DNA of 64,000 nt from an uncultured delta proteobacterium (GCA_963794325.1 CAWCDG010000002.1:352001-416000), one strand, 5' to 3'; counted from the first letter of the stretch, positions 56,006-64,000 are shown. Made by a program: numbers and translations. Notes: generated from the sequence alone by a model not told the origin.

Positions 56006-57547
56006 ATGCCAGCCAGTTTCCTGCATGGAGTTGAAGTAATCGAAGTACCTAATGGGCCGGTGCCGGTCACCGTCGTCAAATCGGCGGTGATCGGATTGGT
56101 CGGGACGGCGCCGACATGGGCGGTGGCGCCGCCAATAGTAGCGGCGGCGCTGAATACGCCGACGCTGGTGTCGTCGGCGCTCAACGCCGCAGAGTTCGGG
56201 CCGACAGTTCGCGGATACACGATTCCGTATGCCTTAGCAGCTATCCAGGCGCAAGGCGCGGGACAGGCGATCGTCGTCAACGTATTCGATCCGACGAGAC
56301 ACTTCACTGCCATAGCTGCGACCGCATTCACGTTCAACGCGCAGAACGCTATCAACCTCGGGCACATGGGAGTGTCGAATGTAGTAGTCACTAGTAATCC
56401 AACTGGTACTATGTACATCGCGGGCACTGACTACACGCTCGACGCGGTGAACGGAGCGGTATCGCTGGTGCCAATCGCCTCGGGAGGACATATTGCCGCC
56501 GGCGCCAGCGTGTTGATTGCGTTCGACTACGCCGATCCGTCGAAGGTGACGGACGCTGATGTGATCGGGGCAATCACCGGCGGCGTGTACACGGGACTTC
56601 AGGTATTCCAGACGACCTACGGCACGTTGGGATTCTTTCCGAAGATCCTGATCGCACCGAGCTATTCGCAAGACCCCACTGTCGCGACCGCTCTCGATGC
56701 GATGGCGACCAAGGTTCGAGCGATGGCGCTGGTCGATTCGCCGCCCGGGACGTCGGCTGCCGCGGCGACAACGAATCGCGGCGTAGTCGGCAACAGCTTC
56801 GCAACTTCGAGCAAGCGAACGATTCTCTGCTACCCGCAAGAGACGTTTTTCGACACTGGAATTGTACCGACCGGAGTGACGCTTAACGCTTCCGGAATCC
56901 CGCTGACATCGCAATTCAACGCGAACGCCGTGGGGCCATATTCGCAGTGGGTGGCTGGAGCGATGGCGGCGAAGGACCTGGCGCAAGGTTACTGGTGGTC
57001 GCCGTCGAACACGCCGGTTGCTGGAATGCTCGGGCCTGATGTTCAGCTCTATGCGTCCATTCTCGACGCGTCGTCGGACGTGAACAGTCTGAACGCCGCG
57101 GGAATCGTGACCGTGTTCAACGCATTCGGCACAGGACTTCGCGTGTGGGGAAACCGGAGCGCGGGGTACCCGACTGCGACCACGCCGGACAATTTTATCT
57201 CGGTACGTCGCACGATGGATGTAATCGAGGAATCCGTGGAGCTGGCGATGCTGCAGTTTATCGATCAGCCGATTTCGAACGCGCTGATCGATGCGATCCT
57301 GGCCAGTGCGAATGCCTTTATCAGATCACTCATCCAGCGTGGAGCATTGGTCGCGGGGGCGGCGAGCTTCAACCCGGCAGAGAATCCATCGGCACAAATT
57401 GCGGGAGGCCAGCTGGTATTCGATATCGACGTAATGCCGCCGCCGCCTGCGGAAAGAATCACGTTCGAAGCATTCATCGATGTAACGTTGCTGCAGCAAC
57501 TAGGGAGCACGAGCCCGATCACTGTAGCTGCGGGGGCGACGGCATAA
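56006..57547 (+). CDS. Contractile tail sheath protein (P2 FI-like)
   Basis: FLHGVEVIEV, SAVIGLVGTAP, PKILIAP, GYWWSPSN, LNAAGIVT, G.RVWGNR, FISVRRT, PPPAERITF. Confidence 0.93.
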   Translation: MPASFLHGVEVIEVPNGPVPVTVVKSAVIGLVGTAPTWAVAPPIVAAALNTPTLVSSALNAAEFGPTVRGYTIPYALAAIQAQGAGQAIVVNVFDPTRHFTAIAATAFTFNAQNAINLGHMGVSNVVVTSNPTGTMYIAGTDYTLDAVNGAVSLVPIASGGHIAAGASVLIAFDYADPSKVTDADVIGAITGGVYTGLQVFQTTYGTLGFFPKILIAPSYSQDPTVATALDAMATKVRAMALVDSPPGTSAAAATTNRGVVGNSFATSSKRTILCYPQETFFDTGIVPTGVTLNASGIPLTSQFNANAVGPYSQWVAGAMAAKDLAQGYWWSPSNTPVAGMLGPDVQLYASILDASSDVNSLNAAGIVTVFNAFGTGLRVWGNRSAGYPTATTPDNFISVRRTMDVIEESVELAMLQFIDQPISNALIDAILASANAFIRSLIQRGALVAGAASFNPAENPSAQIAGGQLVFDIDVMPPPPAERITFEAFIDVTLLQQLGSTSPITVAAGATA

Positions 57548-57571
57548 CTCGCCCGACACGAGAGGTACACA

Positions 57572-58090
57572 ATGAACATCCAGATCAACTCACTGACTAA
57601 TGCGAATATATACATCGACGGCATTGGACTACTCGGGCGAGCTGAAGAGATCGAGATCGCGAATCCCAAGCACAAGATGATTGACTACAAGGGCTTGGGG
57701 ATGGCCGGCACGGCTGAGTTGTGGGCGGGTGTCGAAAAGCTCGAGTCAAAAATCAAGTGGGCGTCTTTCGACGCGGAGACGCTCACGATGTCGAGCAGCC
57801 CATTTCAAACGCACTCCTTTCAAGCGCGCGGGAATCTCGAGCAGTACACCAGCCAGGGAAGAACCGCGCAGCTTCCGGTGGTGTATCTGATGACCGGGGT
57901 CTTCAAAGATGCGGGGAGTCCCACCTTCCGGCAACATCAGATGGTCGAGACTACTTCAATAGTAAGTATCTACCACTGTGAACTATTCGTCGCCGGCGTC
58001 CAAATATACTTGTACGACGTATTCGCCAATATTTACGTAGTAGGCGGCGTCGATCAACTGAGTACGTTCCGATCGAGTCTTGGCGGGTGA
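57572..58090 (+). CDS. Major tail tube protein (P2 FII-like)
   Basis: NANIYIDG..LLGRAEEI..., GMAG....GVEKLE; 172 aa directly after the sheath. Confidence 0.88.
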   Translation: MNIQINSLTNANIYIDGIGLLGRAEEIEIANPKHKMIDYKGLGMAGTAELWAGVEKLESKIKWASFDAETLTMSSSPFQTHSFQARGNLEQYTSQGRTAQLPVVYLMTGVFKDAGSPTFRQHQMVETTSIVSIYHCELFVAGVQIYLYDVFANIYVVGGVDQLSTFRSSLGG

Positions 58091-58097
58091 GTGACTA

Positions 58098-58463
58098 ATG
58101 AACACCGACGACACAACAGTGAATGGAGTGCGAATAGGTGGCAAGGAAGCCGCTGACGAAGCGGGTGCACGATCGATCGAGCTGCCGTCGGGCGCTCATG
58201 CCGAGGTGCGAAAAGGCTATGGGCGAGACCTGATGCGGGCGCAACGGGCAGCGGTCGGCGGAGACGCGAGCGCAGTGATATTTGCTTTGATCGCCGAGGT
58301 AGCTCGCGTAAATGGATGCAAGATCGTGTACGAGGACGTGCTCGAGATGGATCTGGCGGACGTTATGGCGTTACAGGCGGAGGTGATTGACGAAAATTTC
58401 GACCGCCCTCCGCAGCGAGCTTCGCAGGTCTCATCCAATTCGGATTCTCGGTCCAGGAATTGA
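58098..58463 (+). CDS. Tail assembly chaperone (P2 gpE / Mu gp41-like)
   Basis: Position after the tube; 'GRDLMRAQ...EDVLEMDLADV..L'. Confidence 0.8.
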   Translation: MNTDDTTVNGVRIGGKEAADEAGARSIELPSGAHAEVRKGYGRDLMRAQRAAVGGDASAVIFALIAEVARVNGCKIVYEDVLEMDLADVMALQAEVIDENFDRPPQRASQVSSNSDSRSRN

Positions 58464-58561
58464 GCGGGATGGATTTTGCGGAGCTGTCGTACTGGCTGGA
58501 CGCAATGATTGAGTATCAACGGATGTGCGTCGAACGCGGCGGAGGGGCGAGTCGTGACTAG
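58098..58561 (+). CDS. Extended chaperone (E+E'-like) made by -1 frameshift at A AAT TTC (58394-58400)
   Basis: In-frame X XXY YYZ heptamer. The -1 frame reads FRPPSAASFAGLIQFGFSVQELSGMDFAELSYWLDAM... to TAG 58559-58561, resembling GpE'-type 'EL..M...EL..W'. Confidence 0.7.
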
Positions 58562-58621
58562 TAATCGCAGTGACTATACCAGAGTGTGCGTAGTGAGTAA
58601 TCCACAAGAGACGGTGAGGCG

Positions 58622-58906
58622 ATGGGAATAAGACTATTCGTTGGCAATCTGAGTTTTTCGTTGGGCGATGGGGATTTGCGTGAGGCCTTTGCCGAGATAG
58701 GCGGTGTAGATCGGGCTGAGATCGTGCGCGATCGGTTCGACGGACGCTCGCGCGGATTCGGCTTTGTCGAAATGAAGACTCAGGACGACGCCGCGGTCGC
58801 GCTGCGGGCAATGAACGGCAAAGAACTGGCAGGGCGTCCTCTGCGAGTGGAAGCAGCGACCTCGCATCGTCGCCCGTTCGACCGCAACGCCGCGCGCCCG
58901 CAGTAG
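58622..58906 (+). CDS. RRM (RNP-1) RNA-binding protein
   Basis: RNP2 LFVGNL, RNP1 RGFGFVEM, 'MNGKELAGRPLRV'; GAGG RBS. Confidence 0.93.
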   Translation: MGIRLFVGNLSFSLGDGDLREAFAEIGGVDRAEIVRDRFDGRSRGFGFVEMKTQDDAAVALRAMNGKELAGRPLRVEAATSHRRPFDRNAARPQ

Positions 58907-58939
58907 AAACACCGAAAGACGGGGCATCGCAGCGAGCAC

Positions 58940-59774
58940 ATGGCAAAGCAATCCAGACCAATCAACCCGACAGGGGGGACCAGGCGCGCGGACGCCGCGC
59001 GCGCGCTTAGGCAGCTTGATCGAGTGACTAGTATCGCGCGCGAGAACCGTCGAATCTCGCGGGCTGCGGCGAGCGTTGCGCGGGCTCGAGAGTTTCGTTG
59101 GCAGCCCTCTGCGGGGGCTTCGCTTTTGAAGCAGGCTCAGTTTGTTGAAGAAGACTCGCGCATTGAGCGAGGAACTGCTCGCGATGGCTCTGGCGGCGGT
59201 TCAGCGTGCGAGTTGGGGCGGCAGGACTAATATCGCGACTGCAGAACCTGGGCGGCGTAGCGCGGCGGCATTGGTCGAGGCCTCGAGTCGCTCGCGCCGA
59301 CAGATTCCGGAATTGTTTCAGGCGATGAAGGCTTTGGCGCGGATTGAACGCTCGGTCGAGTCGGGAAGCGCGGGACGAGCGATTTCAGAGCTGCGAAAAT
59401 ACTCGATGCCTACGTCAGTGTCCAAGTCTAATACGACGGGCCGAGGGCTTGGGAGTCCGGAAGCGCGACAACCATCGCTCGCCGGCGCGGGCAAATTAGC
59501 GAGCGTCCGTATTGCGCGATCGATTCGCGCAGCGAAACTGCCCGCGAGTGTTTCGCAGCGGGAGTTCGCGCAGCCGTCGGGCGACGTGCGCGGTTCTAAT
59601 CAAACCGGCGGGCGAGGCGGGATTACGATCAACTCATCGCCGACAGTCGTGATCAATGCGCCTGCGAGCGGCGCCATGCAGAATGATGTGATTGGCGCAT
59701 TGCGAGCGCATCGCGAAGAACTGTTCGATGAGTTGAAACGGGAATCGGCGCGACGCGAGCGCGCGCAGTTCTGA
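58940..59774 (+). pseudogene. Short tape-measure-like protein in two overlapping frames (about 277 aa if joined)
   Basis: Occupies the tape-measure slot before gpU. C-terminus 'ITINSSPTVVIN...LRAHREELFDELKRESARRERAQF' resembles tape-measure termini. Span is 835 nt (3n+1). Confidence 0.5.
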
Positions 59775-59779
59775 GGAGA

Positions 59780-60370
59780 ATGCACTTGTTCGCAGCATTG
59801 GGCGACATTCAATTCGAAGTGGTTGGCTCTCCGGAAACCTATGAATCCGCGGCGGCGTATGACTTCGCCGAGCAGAAGGTGATCGAGAGTAAGCCGCTGC
59901 TGCAGTGGGTTGGCAACGATCTCGAACGGCTGAAGTTCGAGCTGATGTGGCACGCGTCATTCACGAATCCGGGGGCGCAGCTGGCGCAGTTGCGCGCGAC
60001 GGCCGCAGAGCACCTCGCACTGCCGCTGGTCTTTGGCAACGGGGGATTTCGCGGCTTCTTTGTCATCGAATCGATCAATGTGAAATCGCAGCAACTGTCG
60101 GCGGGCGGATCCCCGATTGCAATCCGCGTTGCCCTGGCACTCAAGGAATCGATAGCAGATCCTCTGCTGCTGTCCAGAACGCAGCCGCTGACTGGATTGT
60201 CGCCGCTGGGAATCGTGATTGCGCAGCAGGAGGCGGGTGGCCGTGCGAACGCGATCGCGTCCGGCGTGTCGGTATTACTCAGTATTCCGTTAGCGGCGGG
60301 GACAAGCGGTCCCAATCTTGAGGCAGGCGATGTGCCGGCCCCAGCTATCGTGAGGAGCGCGGGGCGATGA
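59780..60370 (+). CDS. Phage tail protein (P2 gpU-like)
   Basis: FAALGDIQF, KPLLQWVG..L, LPLVFGNG...G.FVIESI. Confidence 0.82.
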   Translation: MHLFAALGDIQFEVVGSPETYESAAAYDFAEQKVIESKPLLQWVGNDLERLKFELMWHASFTNPGAQLAQLRATAAEHLALPLVFGNGGFRGFFVIESINVKSQQLSAGGSPIAIRVALALKESIADPLLLSRTQPLTGLSPLGIVIAQQEAGGRANAIASGVSVLLSIPLAAGTSGPNLEAGDVPAPAIVRSAGR

Positions 60371-60609
60371 TGCTTTCGGGACGTTTAATACTTCACGTCA
60401 CGACGGCGGGTGAACGGTGGGACCTGCTAGCCTGGCGATACTACGGTGATCCGACTGACTATTCGCCGATTATAATGGCTAATCCGAATGTAGCTATTGA
60501 ACCGGTATTCGATGCCGGCATCTCAATAGCGATACCGCTTCAGCAGAAGAGCGCGATGGCGACGGCCAACCTGCCGCCCTGGAAAGTATCACAAGCGGTG
60601 AGCGGGTAA
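60367..60609 (+). CDS. Tail protein X (LysM-like)
   Basis: T.AGERWDLLAWRYYG......I..ANP, LPPWK. Confidence 0.85.
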   Translation: MMLSGRLILHVTTAGERWDLLAWRYYGDPTDYSPIIMANPNVAIEPVFDAGISIAIPLQQKSAMATANLPPWKVSQAVSG

Positions 60610-61625
60610 TGGCTGCGGGGGCATTTAATATAGTTCGATCGCCGCAGTGGATACTCACTTATTCGGATGTGAACATTACGGCAGATGTATCGGAGATGGT
60701 TCTTGCAATCAGGTATATCGATCGGCTCGACGGCACCTCGAGCGATCTGGAGATTGAACTCGAAGACTCAGGGAAGCTGTGGCAGGGGCCGTGGTATCCG
60801 GTGATCGGCGACATAGTCAGTCTGCAAATTGGCTATAGCAATGAGCTATTGCTGGACTGCGGAACATTCCAGATTGACGAGTTGGAATCGGATGGGCCGC
60901 CCGACGTTATGAGACTGCGATGCCTTGCCGCGTACATCACGACCGCGATGCGGACCGCAAATACTGTGGCCTACGAAAACATGGGCATCGTAGAAATCGT
61001 GGCGCAAATCGCGGCGAAGTATGGATTGACGGTGGTGATGGCGTCGTCCGAATCGGAAAACGACATAACGTTTGCGCGCGTGACGCAGCGGCGTCAGATG
61101 GATTTGGAATTTCTGAAGCGCCTGGGGAGAGAGCACAATTTTGATTTCACGGTGCGTGCCGGTCAACTGATCTTTTACGAGCGAGCGGCGCTCGAATCTA
61201 TTCCGGCCGCGACGTTGATTACGCGATCTGACACTTTGCGGTTCGCATTTCGGAACCGGGCGCGCCGAATCTACGACGCCGCGGACTTCTCGTACTTCGA
61301 TCCTGATACGAAAGAGCTGATTACTCAGTCGGTACCGTCGGACGGATCTTCGCCGACGGGCGATACCCTGAAAATCGTTGCGCGCTGTGAAAATGCAGAG
61401 CAGGCGCAGGTCAAAGCAGCAGCCGGACTTCATTTGCACAACATGGTGTTGGTGGACGCGTCGATTGAAGGACCCGGGAACACGGTGCTGGTGGCCGGGA
61501 ACAACGTGCAGCTCAGTGGATGGGGCGCGCTCGATGGGAAGTATTTGATCGAGACCGCAAAGCATCACATGGCGCGCGCGACGGGATACACAACATCAAT
61601 TGCAGCGCGACGGATTAACCCATGA
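60609..61625 (+). CDS. Baseplate hub / late control D family protein
   Basis: Y.D...G.S..LEI.LED, L.IGY, G.F.IDE....GPP, Q....DLEFL.RL, G.YLI....H....GY.T. Confidence 0.88.
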   Translation: MAAGAFNIVRSPQWILTYSDVNITADVSEMVLAIRYIDRLDGTSSDLEIELEDSGKLWQGPWYPVIGDIVSLQIGYSNELLLDCGTFQIDELESDGPPDVMRLRCLAAYITTAMRTANTVAYENMGIVEIVAQIAAKYGLTVVMASSESENDITFARVTQRRQMDLEFLKRLGREHNFDFTVRAGQLIFYERAALESIPAATLITRSDTLRFAFRNRARRIYDAADFSYFDPDTKELITQSVPSDGSSPTGDTLKIVARCENAEQAQVKAAAGLHLHNMVLVDASIEGPGNTVLVAGNNVQLSGWGALDGKYLIETAKHHMARATGYTTSIAARRINP

Positions 61626-62314
61626 ACGACATAATTGAATACCGCGAGCGATTTGCTGCGCTGAACCCCACGTTCCGGGTCGGGATTGTGCAGGCGCAGG
61701 ACCCCGCGCATGCGAAGGTGCGGGTGGTGTTTCCGGATTACGACGAAATGATCAGCTGGTGGCTGCCGGTTGTTTTTGCAAAGACCCAGAACGACAAGGT
61801 GTACTGGATTCCGGATATCGGCGAGCAGGTCGTTTGCCTGATGGACCTGCGCGACGAGGCCGGCGCGGTGCTGGGTGCGATCTATTCGAGCGCCGACACG
61901 CCGCCAGTAAACAGCGCTGACAAGTTTCATCTCGCGTTCAGGGACGGCGCGCACTTCGACTACGATCGCGTCGCGCATCTGCTCGATCTCCTTTTCCAGG
62001 ACACGACGGAACTCAAATACGACGCTCGGGTGCATCTGCTCGATCTGAAATTTCAGGATCAGGCGGAGCTGCAGTATGACGGTACCGAGCATGTTCTGAG
62101 CATGAATCTGCCGCAGGGTGCGGCGTTCAATCTCTCGGCGAACGGTGCGCAGATTCAGATCGACTCGAACGGCAACGTCGTCATCAAGAGTGGAGGGCTG
62201 GTTCAGATCGGGAACGGCCCGCTGGCAGGTGTCGCTCGGCTGGGCGATCGAGTGCAAGTCGGCGAGGCGACCGGAACGATCGTGAGCGCGAGCACCGACG
62301 TGCTGGCGGGATGA
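61622..62314 (+). CDS. Baseplate assembly protein V (central spike)
   Basis: OB-fold 'KVRV.FPD.....WWLPV', P.IGEQVVCL, G.VLGAIYS; beta-repeats. Confidence 0.88.
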   Translation: MNDIIEYRERFAALNPTFRVGIVQAQDPAHAKVRVVFPDYDEMISWWLPVVFAKTQNDKVYWIPDIGEQVVCLMDLRDEAGAVLGAIYSSADTPPVNSADKFHLAFRDGAHFDYDRVAHLLDLLFQDTTELKYDARVHLLDLKFQDQAELQYDGTEHVLSMNLPQGAAFNLSANGAQIQIDSNGNVVIKSGGLVQIGNGPLAGVARLGDRVQVGEATGTIVSASTDVLAG

Positions 62315-62733
62315 CGATGCCGGCAGGCGCAATTACACTTGCAGATATCAGATCGGCTGATTGGTCGTTGGCTCTAGGAGCCATCGGCGAAGTAGTGCAG
62401 GGGATCGCCGACGTCGAACAGTGTTTGGGAATTATTGTGACGACGCCGCGCGGGAGCGACCCTTTGCGGCCGACCTTCGGCGCGAATATCTGGCGGTACA
62501 TCGACTTTCCGATCAGTCTTGCGCTACCCGCAATCGTCAGCGAACTGACCTCGGCGATCACAATTTGGGAGCCGCGCGTGAATCTTGTTTCGGTGACGGC
62601 GCAAAGCGTCAACGATGCGACTGCGCAATCGGGCGCGCAGCTCGACGTCACGCTCAGCTGGCGGCTCAAGCTGGGCGTCACCGGGGCTCCCGTTCAGATC
62701 ACGACCGTGACAATCCCGGGAGCGGCGGTCTAG
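62311..62733 (+). CDS. GPW/gp25-family baseplate protein
   Basis: II.TTPRGS.PLRP.FG....YID.P, AI..WEPRV. Confidence 0.9.
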   Translation: MTMPAGAITLADIRSADWSLALGAIGEVVQGIADVEQCLGIIVTTPRGSDPLRPTFGANIWRYIDFPISLALPAIVSELTSAITIWEPRVNLVSVTAQSVNDATAQSGAQLDVTLSWRLKLGVTGAPVQITTVTIPGAAV

Positions 62734-62765
62734 CCGGGGCCGCGCCGACGCGATGAAAGGATGAG

Positions 62766-63938
62766 TTGATGGGTGCAGGAATTCCGTCGCTGCCGCCGCC
62801 GGTGTTCGTCAACGACGCGGACGGTCTCGATCCAAACCTGATCCTCGCGGACATGATCGCCGAGTTCGAGGCGGCGTCGGGCCGGACGCTTCAACCGGCC
62901 CAGGTGGAGCGCCTGCTCATTAATTTGTATGCGTACCGCGAATCGCTGGTGCGCAACGCGATTCAGTATGCGGCCGAGCAGAATCTGCTCGCGTTCGCAT
63001 CGTTCCCGATGCTCGATTATCTAGGTCAACTGTTGAGCGTCAATCGATTGGCCTCGCAGCCCGCGGTGACGACGATTCAATTCACCTTGACCGGCGCGCT
63101 GACGGTGCCGTTTACGATTGCTGCGGGAACCCTGGTCGGCACGAGCGATGGGCAGTTTGCATTCGCAACCAGCGCGACGATCACACTCGCGGCCGGTGCA
63201 ACCATCGCAAGTGTCGCTGCCGCCGCGACGGCTCCAGGAGCGGGTGCGAATGGATACCTGGCGGGACAAGTCAGCGTCCAGCTCAATCCGAACAGTTTGA
63301 TCGCGAGCGTGACGAACACCAGCACGACCACCGGTGGCTCTGCTCCCGAGACGGACGATCATCTGCGCACGCGCATCCAGGCTGCGCCGAATCAATTCAG
63401 CGTCGCGGGACCGAGCGGGGCGTACCGGTTCTTTGCGATCGGCGCGGACCCGTCGATCGTCGATGCGCAAATTGTCAGTCCCTCTCCCGGATCGGTGAAT
63501 GTGTATGTGCTGACGGGACCGGTGACGCAACAGCCTGCGCCGGCGCCGAACAGCGCGGGAGTCGCGAACTCCGCGTTGCTTGCAAAAGTCGCGACGGTGC
63601 TGAATGCCGACACGATGCGTCCGTTGACCGACACCGTGAACGTGCTTGCAGTGACCGAGGTGGACTACCAGATCACCGCGACGGTGACGCTGTATTCGGA
63701 TGCCGATCCCACTGCGACGATCGTCGCGGCAACGGCGGCCGTCACCGAACTGGCGCTCGAGCTGGCGGCCAAGATTCAGCGCGACATCGTGCCGAGCCAG
63801 ATAATTGCGGCGCTATCGGTGGCGGGCGTCTATGGCGTGACGCTCACGTCGCCGACTCTGACGACGCTCACCTATGGGCAGTGGGCGAACTGCACGACGA
63901 TCGCGCTGACGACAGCGTTCAGCACGGAGCATAGCTGA
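62766..63938 (+). CDS. Baseplate J/gp47-family protein
   Basis: AYRE.L.R, LDYLG, ETDDHLRTRI, SVAGPSGAY, PGSVNVY, RPLTDTV. Confidence 0.92.
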   Translation: MMGAGIPSLPPPVFVNDADGLDPNLILADMIAEFEAASGRTLQPAQVERLLINLYAYRESLVRNAIQYAAEQNLLAFASFPMLDYLGQLLSVNRLASQPAVTTIQFTLTGALTVPFTIAAGTLVGTSDGQFAFATSATITLAAGATIASVAAAATAPGAGANGYLAGQVSVQLNPNSLIASVTNTSTTTGGSAPETDDHLRTRIQAAPNQFSVAGPSGAYRFFAIGADPSIVDAQIVSPSPGSVNVYVLTGPVTQQPAPAPNSAGVANSALLAKVATVLNADTMRPLTDTVNVLAVTEVDYQITATVTLYSDADPTATIVAATAAVTELALELAAKIQRDIVPSQIIAALSVAGVYGVTLTSPTLTTLTYGQWANCTTIALTTAFSTEHS

Positions 63939-64000
63939 TGCCCGAGCTGTCGGCCGCTCCTTCGATTAACGATACGCGCACGCAGGCGCTGCTGGAGTTG
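63938..64000 (+). CDS. Probable tail protein I (P2 gpI-like), partial at window end
   Basis: ATG overlaps the J stop (TGATG); MPELSAAPSINDTRTQALLEL...; assigned by synteny only. Confidence 0.55.
   Translation, partial: MPELSAAPSINDTRTQALLEL

Larger units (their letters stand above)
51854..64000 (+). mobile_element. Phage-derived structural gene cluster (Mu-like head + P2-like contractile tail); runs off the window end
   Basis: Co-oriented protease, cement-like, capsid, gp36, gp37, sheath, tube, chaperone, U, X, D, V, W, J and I homologues. No packaging, replication or integration genes on its left. Confidence 0.85.

Noticed and set aside
51854-64000. Calling the cluster T6SS, eCIS (Afp/PVC), a classical R-pyocin or an encapsulin
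   Set aside because: No TssJLM/ClpV or Afp15-type ATPase is seen, head genes are present, and the capsid is Mu gpT-like with protease and neck genes.
1-64000. tRNA/rRNA genes, integrase, transposase, att sites
   Set aside because: None recognised in the sequence or the ORF track.

Overview
GC-rich bacterial chromosome window. The secreted proteins with Thr/Ala linkers are reminiscent of Ca. Binatota, but taxonomy cannot be established from this sequence. There are three parts. (1) About 0.1-30 kb is an envelope/periplasmic cluster: two Cys-type arylsulfatases, a FadL-like channel, an octaheme cytochrome c with HEAT/TPR repeats, an AI-2E permease, DUF2092, split PqiA-PqiB-PqiC, DUF3300/DUF2950, a K+ channel, an Ntn-hydrolase and a GAF kinase with two response regulators. 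An 18-bp palindrome (ATTGTAC-TTTG-GTACAAT) recurs in its promoters. (2) About 30-51.7 kb holds mixed genes: a G8/CEMIP-like protein, a MocR regulator with GST and PaaI, a hybrid kinase, an acyl-CoA dehydrogenase pair, an SBBP surface protein and an ABC ATPase. (3) From 51.85 kb to the window end is a phage-derived operon with a Mu-like head module and a P2-like contractile tail. It starts abruptly at the protease gene, back-to-back with a host gene. No terminase, portal, transposase/integrase, repressor or lysis gene precedes it. It keeps a -1 chaperone slippery site, a probable internal scaffold start and tandem boxA-like repeats. The tape-measure position instead holds an RRM RNA-binding protein and a very short, basic tape-measure-like ORF. 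This is the best candidate for an undescribed domesticated particle system; a decaying prophage is the alternative. Several genes carry single-base insertions that look like consensus errors. No rRNA, tRNA or CRISPR array was recognised.
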